64,000 bases of DNA, from NCBI RefSeq assembly GCF_030144855.1, contig NC_082719.1:49290001-49354000 (forward strand). The letters are read 5' to 3'. Source of the DNA: Hypanus sabinus (lineage: Eukaryota). Numbering within the stretch: the stretch's first letter is position 1; the number at the start of each line of letters is the position of its first letter. Shown here piece after piece: positions 52,110-63,499 of the stretch. Under the pieces are notes generated by a model. It ran no database searches. It was not told the DNA's origin and was given only the letters and a program-made list of their open reading frames with translations. A program made the position numbers and the translations under genes.

Positions 52110-53805
52110 TTACAGGTTAAGTCTATCGGGTGGTCGAATCTGTCGCTGCGATCTACGTAGCACCGGTGGTGATTGCACCAGTGACGGTGGGTTGTGCTGG
52201 CTCCGGCCTGACTCGAGGTGTCAGCCCATTAGGCGTCAGTAATCCCTCATGCGTGTGCGAGGCACCCGGTATGGGAGAGTCATGAGGAGTCTGTTTAGGG
52301 CTTGGTGTGCGCGGTGTTTCGTGGATATACACCTCGGTGGGTACGGGGTTCATAGTCACCGTGGAGTGTTCGGGGTATGGGTCTGGCGCTCCTGCGGGCA
52401 CCAGGTCGCGGACAGAGACCGTGTCCTCCCGCCCATCAGGTAAGACCACGTAGGCATACTGGGGTTTGCATGAAGTAGGTGAACCCTCTCGACCATCGGG
52501 GAGTATTTATTGCTCCTCGCATGTTTCCGGAGCAGCACTGGCCCTGGGGACGTCAGCCAAGCCGGTAGGGTGGTCCCAGTGGCAGACTTCCTGGGAAAAG
52601 AAAAGAGTCGCTCATGAGGGGTGGCATTGGTGGACGTGCATAACAGGGAGTGGATGGAGTGGAGCGCCTCGGGGAGGACCTCCTGCCAGCGAGAGACCCG
52701 CAACCCTTTGACCTAAGTGCTAAGAGTGTGGCCTTCCACACTGTGGCATTCTCCCTCTCCACCTGTCCATTTCCCCAGGGATTATAGCTCGTGGTCCTAC
52801 TAATAGCAATGCCCCTAGCCAGCAGGTAATGGCACAGCTCGTCACTCATAAAGGAAGACCCTCTATCACTGTGTATATAGCAGGGATATCCAAACAGAGT
52901 GAAGAGCTGGCGCAGGACTTTTGTGACAGATGTGGCAGTGGTATTGGGACAGGGGATGGCAAAGGGGAATCGCAAGTACTCATCGATTATGTTGAGAAAG
53001 TAGACATTGTGGTCAGTGGAGGGAAGGGGGCCCTTAAAGTTGACACTCAGTCGCTCAAAGGGGCGGGTGGCCTTGATAATTTGTGCCTTTATGGGATGGT
53101 AGAAGTGTGGTTTGCACTCAGCGCAGACTTGGCAGTCCCTGGTCATCGTCCTGATGTCCTCAAGGGAGTAAGGCAGGTTCGGGGCTTTCATGAAATGGTA
53201 AAATCGGGTGACTCCCGGGTATATGCATGGAGGGCATATAGCCGGTCGAGCTGCACACTGGCACACGATCCCCGGGATAGGGCATCAGGGGGCTCATTGA
53301 GCCTTCCAGGCTGGTACAGGATATCATAGTTGTAGGTGGAGAGTTCTATTCTCCACCGCAAAATTTTATCATTTTTGATTTTGCCCCGCTGTTGGTTGCT
53401 GAACATGAACGCAACCGAGCCGAGCGCTGGTCGGTCAGCAAGGCGAATCTTTTGCTGGCGAGATAGTGCCTCCAGTGCCTAATAGCTTCCACTATGGCCT
53501 GGGCTTCTTTCTCCACCGCGGAGTGCCGAATTTCAGGGCCTTGAAGGGTATGAGAGAAGATTGCTACCGGCCTTCCTGCCTGATTGAGGGTAGCAGCCAG
53601 CGCAAAATCGGAGGCGTCACTCTCTACTTGGAAGGGAATGGTCTCGTCCACCGCATGCATCGCTGCTTTGGCAATGTCCCCTTTAATGTGGCTGAAGGCC
53701 GTGCGGGCCTCGGCTGAGAGGGGAAATGCGGTGGACTTGACCGGGGGCAGGCCTTGTCTGCGTAGTGAGGTAGTGAGGGACCCATAGGGTGTAATAGGAA
53801 AACCT
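52110..53805 (-). pseudogene. pol: pol remnant: end of RT, RNase H, integrase
   Basis: FSYYTLWVPHY, FQVESDASDFAL, EKEAQAIVEAIRHWRHYL, LTDQ, PDALSR, CQVCAECK, FKGPLP, IHSDRGSSF, GNGQVER. Confidence 0.9.
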
Positions 53806-54001
53806 GTCAGGACACGCCCCTCTGCTGACTGCTCTTGTGGCTCCTCCCACAGACCCCTGTATAAAGGCGATTGGAGGCACTGCTTCTCCCTCATTCTCCA
53901 GGATGTTGTGTGGTGGTCTCTTGCTGCTAAAGGTGGACTCTTGCAGCTAATAAAAGCCTATCGTTCGCCTCCCGTCTCCGAGAGTTATTGATGGTGCATC
54001 A
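53803..54001 (+). repeat. Inverted internal LTR copy missing the first ~17 nt
   Basis: CCTGTC...GGTGCATCA; TATAAA at 53860, AATAAA at 53949. Confidence 0.92.
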
Positions 54002-54002
54002 A

Positions 54003-54173
54003 TTTTATTAGCTGCAAGAGACCACAATTAGCAGCAAGAGACTACCACACAACATCCTGGAGACTGAGGGAGGAGCAGTGCCTCCAATTGCCTTTATACA
54101 GGGGTCTGTGGGAGGAGCCACAGGAGCAGTCAGCAGAGGGGCGTGTCCAGACAGGTATATGTAGTTCACCACA
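54003..54173 (-). repeat. 5' LTR truncated immediately after AATAAAA
   Basis: On (-) reads TGTGGTGAAC...TTGCAGCTAATAAAA. Confidence 0.92.
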
Positions 54174-56254
54174 AATGTGTAAAGGACATCAAAATAACAA
54201 GGACAATACTGAACACAGCATGGCAAAGAACATGGAGGAAAACAAATGTTTTTATAAAGGAAGTCTATGGGCCAGTAAAACTGGGTTGGGTAAGAAGATG
54301 GCAACTGAATATTGCACACAAGGAACAGCTCCTCATGTAATTTCACCCAGAATTTAACTAAGCAATAGGTGGATAATGCATTGTTAAGGGCCAGCTCGGA
54401 GACATCTTAAGTTTCTTAAGGAAATACATGAACTAATTGCAGGGGCTCGTGCAAATCTTCTGGAAATCACGACATCCAGAAAGGAATGATTAATCAAGCA
54501 GAAAGGAAACAGGGTAGATGAAGAATGAAATAAATTTAGGGGTTATGACTTATAATAAATTGAAGCACTTCAGCAATGTTCTGCAGCACTGAGCAGTGAA
54601 ACAGATACTGCGATGGATTCAGGGGACAGAATAGTGAGGTGTCATACTTCAGCAGTGTGCCCACTTTTGTAATTCTCTGTGCAATCTGTTCATGACAGAA
54701 CATAATATTATAGAATATTGCATAATTCCAGAAAAAAACAAAGGTGGAGAAAATGGTATTTACTGGATTACAAGACATGATGAAGCAGGCATTTTCTTAA
54801 TGAAAATACATGGCTGTTAAGTGATAAAAACAAAATGATGGCAATAGTGGAAATCAGAAATAAAAACTGAAAATGCTAGGAATATTCAGAAGGTCTGGCA
54901 GCTACTGTAGAATTAGAAACAGGGATAATGTAAATTAGTTGAAAATGGGGAAATAAAAAAAAATTCTGATTGTCTACCCTATCTATGCCTCTCATAAGTT
55001 TGCAAATTTCTATCAGAACTCCCTTCAGCCTCTAACGCTCCAGAGAAAACAGCTCAAGTTTATCCAACTTTTTCTTACAGCTCATACTCTCTAATCTAGC
55101 CAGCATCCTGGTAAAGGATCTGTGCACAACCTATCATTTCTTTCCAAATCAAACTCGGTGTACTATCAAAGACAGTGTGGGAGGGCACTGTGATAGGGGG
55201 GATAACAGTGGAACACATTGAAAGCACAATGCTGTCTCAACAAACATTGGGGAGTGGAGTGGGAGGCGGGTGATGGAGTGATGGTGGTTGGTAACACTAA
55301 AAAGAAAGTGTGGCTATGAAAAGTGTATTACTGTCTTAAGTCTATGCGTATGAGCCAAGTCATCAGCGAACAAGCACTGGCTGTCAACTGTACGGGTTGT
55401 TACTAGTAGGGTGTCGGCAGTGACCAACATATTCTCTAAATGATCTGCAGGCAGTACACACAGTAGAGGTGCCATGGGTCCACACTAGATCTTTTAACTA
55501 TCCACAAAATGGACACACAAGGAATGAGGGCTAAGCACTATGGATAGATAAAACACTTCAAAGTTTAAAAAAAAGGTTTCTTTATGCTTGTTTTGATTTT
55601 TTTATTTGCCAATTCCTTTCATTCCACATCCTGATTCCTACCACCACTGGGATCAGTTCCCACAAACCCCAATTCTCTGCCTACAGCATCTCAGTCCTGT
55701 TGCACTCCTATAAGACCAGTGTCCAGATGACCTCTCCTTTCTTCTGTTTAGTAACTATTAACATAGGAACATAAGAATAAATAAAGTAAAATAAACAATG
55801 GAATATAAAATAAACAATTAACAACATGGAGCACCCAGATCAAATGCTTGCAGCCTCCAAAGTGATTGCATGATGATTCATCCAAAGCTTGACCTTCGAT
55901 TGTGAAGGTGAATAGTCATTAAATTGAGCTTTGCAGTGACCAGACCTATTCGTGTGCCAGAATAAAGCATGCGTTTTAACAATCATGGCTTGATAATGCA
56001 TGTATTGCCAAAAATCCTAACACAATAGAAAATCTATCATATCTATCTGGATCTCTCTAGAAACAGATTGGGAGTTTATATTTAACCCACTTAACTCTAG
56101 TCTTTGTCATGCAGCTATGTGAAAAAATATTGTATGTGTCAAACCATGAATTGAGTAGTTCATTCTCTAGGTGCATAAAAATTAAGTAAACGAGAATGTA
56201 AGGGGATGGTATACTTATCATTCAAAGCCAGAAGAGATTCAAAAGTAATTTTTC

Positions 56255-56885
56255 CTACAAGTATCTAGGGATGCACCTGGATGACAGACTTGAGTGGAGC
56301 ACCAACACAGGGGTTGAGTACAGGAAGGGCTGGAGTCGCCTCTACTTCCTGAGGGGACTGAGGTCCTTCGGAGTATGCAGGCCTCTCTTTCACGTTCTAC
56401 CAGTCTCTTGTTGCCAGTACAGTCTTCCATGTGGTGGTGTGCTGGGGCAATGGCATCAACACAGGTGATGCCAACAGGCTTAATAAACTGATTAGAAAGG
56501 CTGGCTCTGTAACAGGAGACAAACTGGACACACTAAGGCTGGTGGTAGAACAAAGGACCCTACAGAAAATCCTGCCAATGCTGGACAATGTTTCTCACCC
56601 TCTGCAGGCTGCCTTGGCGGAAAAGAGGAGAACTTTTAGTAATAGACTAAGACAAATACGATGCTTTAAAGAGCACTATATGAGGTCATTTTTACCCTCG
56701 GCCATTAGGCTCTATAATGAGTCAACCGAGAGCTGGGGAAGTGATGAACCCCTCCTGTTAGACTGTTTGAGGTAACTTATTTCTTACTTCTCTTCTAATA
56801 TTTGTATATTTATAAATCTGTGCACCTGTACTGCTACTGAGACACTGCAATTTCCTTTGGAATCAATAAACTATCAATCTATCTA
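56255..56885 (+). mobile_element. Rex/Babar 3' fragment
   Basis: RLYFLRGLRSFGV...SFLPSAIRLYN; same family and tail as 30746-31470. Confidence 0.85.
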
Positions 56886-57014
56886 TATATCTAACAATGC
56901 CTATATAGAAAAAAGCGAACTCATTCACTTTGACAGTTTCATCTGCAAAAAGACTTCTTTTTTTGATTTTCAGTTTGCTAACTACAAACTGTTGACCTTA
57001 ATGGGCCCAAAAAT

Positions 57015-57116
57015 ATCCAGAGCAACACACACAAAACGTTTGAGGAACTCAGCAGGTCAGGCAGCATCTACGGAAATGAATAAACAGTCAACGTTTCAAG
57101 CTGAGACCTTCCTCAT
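57015..57116. mobile_element. Single arm of the Penelope-derived palindromic family
   Basis: GAGGAACTCAGCAGGTCAGGCAGCATCTA...CAGTCAACGTTTC...TGAGACC. Confidence 0.6.
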
Positions 57117-57294
57117 TTAACTTTGTCTCATAGATGGTAGAAATATGATATAATCACAGAATGGATATAGTATAGAGAAGGGCAGAGGCATAAGGCCAGA
57201 GTTATACTGGATCCATATTAGAGAGATCTAACTAGTCATATTCCTCTGCCATTACCTCAAAACTTCTTTTAAATATTCTTTCAATTCTCTCTTC

Positions 57295-58715
57295 ATAAGA
57301 TCATAAGACATAGGAGCAGAATTAAGTGATTTGGCCATTGAGTCTGCTCCACTATTTCATCATAGCTGATCCATTTTTCCTCGCAGCCGGATCCCTGCCT
57401 TCTCCTTGTGTCCCTTCATGTCCTGAACAACCAAGAATCTATCAACCTCTGCCTTAAATATACATAAAAATGTGGCTTCCACAGCTGCCTGTGGCAAAGA
57501 ATTCCAGAGTTCCATCACTTTCTGGTTAAAGAAGTTCCTTCTCGTTTCTGTTCTAAAAGGATGCTCCTCTATTTTCAGGCTGTTTCCTCTGGCCTTCAAC
57601 TCTCCCACCATAGGAAACATCTTCTCCACATCCAACCTATCAAGGCCTTTCACTATTCAATTGGTTTCAATGAAGTCACCCCTCATTCTTCTGAATTCCA
57701 GCAAGTACAAGTCCAGAGCCACCAAATGCTCTTCATATGACACGCCGTTCAAACTTGGAATCATTTTCATGGAACTCCTCTGAACCCTCTCCAGTTTCAG
57801 CACATCCTTGCTAAAATGGGAGACCCAAAACTGCTCACAATCCTCCAATTGTGGCCTCCCCAGTGCTTTATAAAGTCTCAACATCACATTCTTGCTTTTA
57901 TATTCTAGTCCTCTTGAAATGAATGCTAACATTGCATTTACCTTCCTCACCACAATCTCAATCTGCAAATTAACCTTTAGGGAATCCTGCACTACCACTC
58001 CCAAGTCCATTTGCATCTCAGTTTTATTTAAATTTTCTCTCTATTTAGAAAATAGTTAACCCTTTAATTTCTTCTACCGAAGTGCATGACCATACACTTC
58101 CCGACACTATATTCCATCTGTCATTTCTATGCCAATTCTCCTAATCTGTCTAAATCCATTGTAGCCCTTCTACTTCCTCAAAACTACCTGCCCCTCTACC
58201 TACATTCATAAGATCTACAAACTTTGCAACAAAGCCATCAATTCCATCAACCAAATCATTAACATAAAAGGAATCGGTCCCAACACAGACTCCTGTGGAA
58301 CACCACTAGTCACTGGCAGCCAACCAGAAAAGGCTCTCTTTATTCCCATTTATTGCCTCCTGCCAGTCAGCCACTGTTTTATCCATGCTAGAATCTTCCC
58401 TGTAATAATATGGGCTTGTGGCTTGTTAAGCAGTCTCATGTGTGACACTTTGTCAAAGGCCTTCTGAAAATCCAAGTACACAACATCAACCAATTCTCCT
58501 TGGTCTATCCTGTTTGTATTTCTTCAAAAAATTCCAACAGATTTATCAGGCAAGATTGCCCCTTAAGAAAACCATGCTGAATATGGCCTATTTTATCATG
58601 TGCCTCTAAATACCCCAAAACCACATTTTCCCAGCCACTGGATTCAGGCCTGTAGTTTCATTTCTTCTTCTGCCTTTCTCCCCTCTTGAAGAATAGACTG
58701 ACACTGGCAACATCA
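57295..58715 (-). mobile_element. CR1 RT and 3' end
   Basis: MLAFISRGLEYKSK...LERVQR, FFNQKVMELWNSLP; (TCTTATG)-type tail at 57295-57310. Confidence 0.88.
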
Positions 58716-58750
58716 CTATAGAATCTAATTTATTCAATATTTATTCATAT

Positions 58751-59318
58751 TGCTCAAATGAGAACCTCTCCTTCAAAGAGGAATAATCTCAAAGGGAAAA
58801 TTATGAACGGACACCACATAATAAATGAGATATGCCAACTGTCCACTTTCTACAGCACATGGTTTTATTTCTGCATAATTAAAGCTCAATTTATTTCTTG
58901 TTGCATGCATTATAAATTATTATTAGAATAGCATAATTTTCTCTATTTTTTCATAGGTCTGTGTCCAAAGTTTTAATTTTCTTCACTTAACCTAATACCA
59001 TTGTAAAATGTAGAAGAATGGAAGAGTCAATCACTCCAACTAAATCTTCAATGGCTTAAATCCTCTTTCTAAAATCTAACACTCTGAATGGGTTAGGGAA
59101 ACGTTGGATTTAATTTAATGCCTTTGGAATTAAAACTTCTGAAATTCTCTTATTGATATACCTGCACCAAAAGAGCTCTGAATTTCAATGCTAGTTTGGT
59201 ATTCTGCATGCATAACCCAAAGCAGGCATCTTTAGAAATGTGACTCTGGATCCTCTGCAACCAAATGTAAAATTCAGTCAAAATGACTGTTCTACTGTTA
59301 ATGCTACACCTTGTTGTA
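58751..59318 (+). repeat. ~570-bp local duplication, copy 1
   Basis: Collinear with 62775-63348, e.g. GGACACCACATAATAAATGAGATATG, CCTTTGGAATTAAAACTTCTGAAA, CTGTTCTACTGTTAATGCT. Confidence 0.92.
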
Positions 59319-59322
59319 ACAA

Positions 59323-59544
59323 GACAAGAAAATCTGCAGATGCTGGAAATCCAAACAACACACAAAAATGCTGGAAGATCTCAGCAGGCCAGGTAGCATC
59401 TATGAAAAAGAATAAACAATCTATGTATCTGGCCGAGACCCTTCATCAGGACTGGAAAAAATGATCTGAAGTTCTGGCCTGCTGAGTTCCTCCAGCATTT
59501 TGTGTTTGTTGCTTGGCTTTCCAGCATCTGCAGATTTACTTGTC
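59323..59544. mobile_element. Palindromic Penelope-derived element with ~70-bp inverted arms and a hammerhead-core remnant
   Basis: GACAAGAAAATCTGCAGATGCTGGAAA / TTTCCAGCATCTGCAGATTTACTTGTC; CCTGATGAAGGGTCTCGGCC on (-) at 59450->59431. Confidence 0.7.
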
Positions 59545-60219
59545 CTAGAGTATAATCTGACTGGTACATAGGTAATTTACACCAGTCTTTTAATATCCAT
59601 AACAAATTTACTTCCTAATCACTTTTCTACTCCTAATCATTAACAATCTATTTCCCCTTGTTCTGATCTCTCTGCCAGTTGCATTAGTTCCATTCTGTCT
59701 ACAATACCTGTACCCATCATAATTTTAAATAGATTTACTAGAATATATGTAAGCGTCCTCCGTTCCAAGGAGAACATCCTCAGCTTCTCCAGTCTATCCA
59801 CATAACTCAAGACCCCAGCTCTGGAATCATTTTGCTAAATTTCTCCTGCAACCTCTCTAAAGAATCCAGATGTTTCCTAAAAATGCAAACACCGAGAAAA
59901 GGACACAATGTTCCAGTTGTGGCCAAACCATTGTTTTATTGAGGCTCATTGTGATTTCCTTCTCCACACACCTGTCAGTTGATTTATCTCTATGCTCTAT
60001 TTTACACTCTTTTTGGTTAAATAAGGATGACTGACTTCTATTTCTTTATCCTTCTCTCTCATGGGAATGCATCTATACTGTTAATGAAACATTGTCAATT
60101 CATCATGTTAATTAACACACACCAAATGGTGACTCTTCCTCAATTGACTAGTTTAACTTTAGATGGGCCCTATATCCATTTATTACAATGCTCCTCCACT
60201 GATATCTTTCCTCTATGAC

Positions 60220-60434
60220 TGTGGTGAACTACATATACCTGTCTGGACACGCCCCTCTGCTGACTGCTCCTGTGGCTCCTCCCACAGGCCCCTGTATAAA
60301 GGCGATTGGAGGCACTGCTCCTCCCTCAGTCTCCAGGATGTTGTGTGGGGATCTCTTGCTGCTGACTGCTCTCTTCCAGTGAATAAAAGCCTATCTCTCG
60401 CCTCACGTCTCCGAGAGTTATTGATAGTGCATCA
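60220..60434 (+). mobile_element. Solo LTR, TSD ATGAC
   Basis: TGTGGTGAAC...GTGCATCA; ATGAC at 60215-60219 and 60435-60439. Confidence 0.93.
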
Positions 60435-62184
60435 ATGACCTTGGTTCATTCCCCAGAACTCAGTTCAGTAATGCTATCTTCCTTAATGGACCAGAAACAA
60501 ACTAATCAAGAAAGTTTTTAATATAGTTCTGAAAGTGAGGCACTGTCTTAGCTGCAAATCATATTCTGAGAGGTTATGAATATATTTTTAATGAAGAAAG
60601 AGGAAAACCACCTTCCCTAAATTCACTTCAGATTACAATGACCCATTCCTGTCTCTTGATCAAATGTTCCCTGAGATATTAAGTGATTATTATTTTAGTT
60701 TTCCAAGTTATTTTAAAGCAAGCTACAATAAAATTTTTGGTTCTTTGGGAAAAGAACCAATTTTTTCAGATGTTTCCCACCACCATAACATAGACGTTAA
60801 AAATAAATGGTCAGTAGGAAAGGAGAAATAGATCAGTGAAAATGTGGAAGTAAGAGAAAGAGAGATGTAGAGTCATGGCATATCTATATATATGTCATGC
60901 TACATTTTAGAAATACCTCTTTTTTAGCATGTTGTATTTGAAGATAACAATTGTTTGTACAGTATATGGAGATAAATTCATTAAATAATATTTTTCAACC
61001 CCTGAGAGGGAGGATAAAATAATTTTTATGCATTTTAAAATACTTGCTTTGTTACCTAGGGGCAAAATCTGACACATTTCTTTTGAAATTGTGTTACCAG
61101 AGTTCTACATCCATTACTCACTTCCACATTGGAGAAATGCAAAACCACTGCCTTGTGAGCATCAAATCTCAGGCTCAAAGCAAAGTTTTAAACCAGACAG
61201 CAGCAATTGTTGCTCAGAGTCCAGTTCTCAACCTACAAATGGAAAGGTGTACCCAATTAATTAATTTCATGAACATCCAGAATGCATTGCTTTAAAAGAT
61301 AGAAAAGTAATGCGATAAATTTATTGGCTTAATATCTGGCGCATACAATGTTGATGTCCTAGCTAATAATATCTATGGGCAGGACAAAATGGTGACTAGA
61401 AACCCTACCTTTACGTGATAAGGAGGGACAGCCACATTTCTCCAGGCTTCATTAAACTCTGCTGCCAGCAGATCCCACTGATGCCTTAATTGAGTGTAAG
61501 TAGATGTGTAATCCAAACTTGTCTGTCACCTATGCCTCTCTGTGCCCATTTCAGGTGGACTGCTAAATGTTAACTTGATTTGGCCATTTGAATCAGCTGG
61601 TATCCCACATAGATTGCAAATCCAAAACAACTTCCCAGCTTTTTCTTTGGAAATTAAAATCTCCTAAATGAGTAACATATTAATAACTCATTTTATTAAT
61701 CCTGAAACACCTTATTTAATGTCTTATCTTGCAAATGTCTTTCGGCAAGCAGACATACGAACATAACTGTAATAGAATTAAAATGAATAATATGTTCCTG
61801 TATTTTCCATGAAGATTATGCTAAATAAAAAAATTATTAAATAATCGCGTAAGAGTAGAGAATAGATTTTCCATGGATGGTGGGGGGAAACTTAGTGAAT
61901 TACAACCTCAGCATAAACCTAATGTACACTGTCATTTATGTCATTTTTTTCAGCATTCCTGCCACTTTTCTACACAAGTGATCAATGAACAGGAAATAGC
62001 TCCTTGGAAATTCTAACTGATTAATGTACACAAAAATCTCCTCCTTCATAATAGAAGTTCACCTACAATGTTGGGAATATTGTGGCTTCATTGAATTCTG
62101 GTCAGGATTAATGATGCAAACATCATTTTCACAAGCAATAGGGTAAATGGATTTAAAGTCATGCTGCGTAAGATTTTTTTTCCT

Positions 62185-62364
62185 CTTCACGCCATGTGGC
62201 GTACTGGGCAGCCATTGCCATTTCTTTAGCACTTGTCTCCTTTTTTATGAGGTCGAGTTGATAGCTTGATAGCACCGAAGAAAAGTGTACAAAAAGCCAG
62301 CTGGATTTGAACCCGGGACCACTTGCCTTGATGTTCAGAGTGGATGCCAGTAAACCACGCCGGC
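62185..62364 (-). mobile_element. tRNA-derived SINE
   Basis: On (-): GCCGGCG, A-box TGGTTTACTGG, B-box GGTTCAAATCC, then a non-tRNA body. Confidence 0.6.
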
Positions 62365-62774
62365 TATATACTACTGTACATATCTATAAAAACTTAATAT
62401 TTACTTCTCACTGATATTTCAAATTATGTTAAGAAAGTAATTTGAGACACATATGCAGTCCATATTAGTGAGCCCAAAAAAAAGTCCAATTTATTTAAAG
62501 GTTTGCATTACTGAAGCAGAGATGGGTTATTAAATTTCTTTTGATCAGACCAATACCAGAAGTAATTACGTAGTAATGTTGTACTTTCCATTCACTATTG
62601 CTTAGTGAGCATGCAATCTATAACATCCTTAATTGGAGCAATGCAGCCAATCCGCATTCATTATTAGATAAGATAGCAGGCTGAGATATGTTCTTTGGCA
62701 TTTATAGTTCATATAGGAAAATATCTGCCGTGCTTGTAAGGATGTTTCCAAAGCTGTGAACTAAGAAACTCAAC

Positions 62775-63348
62775 TTCTCAAATTAGAACCTCTACTTCAA
62801 AATGGAATAATCCCAAAGGGAAAATTTATGAAAGGACACCACATAATAAATGAGATATGCTAACTGTCCACTTTATACTGCACATAATTTTATTTCCGCA
62901 TAATTAAAGCTCAATTTATTTCTAGTTGCATGCATTATAAATAAACATTAGAATAACATAATTTTCTCTATTCTTTCATAGGTCTTTGTCCAAAGTTTTA
63001 ATTTTCTTCACTTAACATAACACCATTGTGGTCTAAAATCCTGAAGAATGAGAGAGCCACTTACTCCAACTACATCCTCAGCAGCTTCTATCCTCTTTCT
63101 AAATCTGATACTCTGATTGGATAAGGGGCAGGTAGAATTTAATTCAATACCTTTGGAATTAAAACTTCTGAAACTCTTTTAACACTTTCCTTGCACCAAA
63201 ACGGCACTGAATTTCAATGTTACTTGGGTGTTCTGGATGCATACCTAATACCGACTTCTTTAAAAATATGACTCTCGATCCTATTACCAGCGCCAAATGG
63301 AAAATTGAGCCATAATGGCTGTTCTACTGTTAATGCTCCACCTTGTTT
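62775..63348 (+). repeat. ~570-bp local duplication, copy 2
   Basis: Collinear with 58751-59318. Confidence 0.92.
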
Positions 63349-63499
63349 TACTGAGTAGCTGTACCAGTAATCTGAGTCTAGGCACACAAAAAAGATGGGG
63401 GAAATTTGCAAATTTATTGCAAAGACCATTTGGAATCCTGTTGTGCAAAGCAAATTAAATCTGGGATTGAGGATTCTCGCACTCCAACCAGCCATATGG

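Larger units (their letters stand above)
51834..54173 (-). mobile_element. Ty3/Gypsy provirus lacking gag/PR/most of RT, with a fold-back 5' LTR; TSD (G/A)ATGT
   Basis: 3' LTR 52050->51834, PPT at 52055-52066, IN and RNase H, inverted LTR 53803-54001, partial 5' LTR 54173->54003. Flanks GATGT (51829-51833) and AATGT (54174-54178). Confidence 0.9.

Noticed and set aside
53790-53802. Alternative TG start of the inner LTR
   Set aside because: On (-) these bases encode pol FSYYTLW, so they are pol and not LTR.
62290-62364. tRNA gene
   Set aside because: A and B boxes are present but I could not form a convincing cloverleaf, and a SINE-like body follows.
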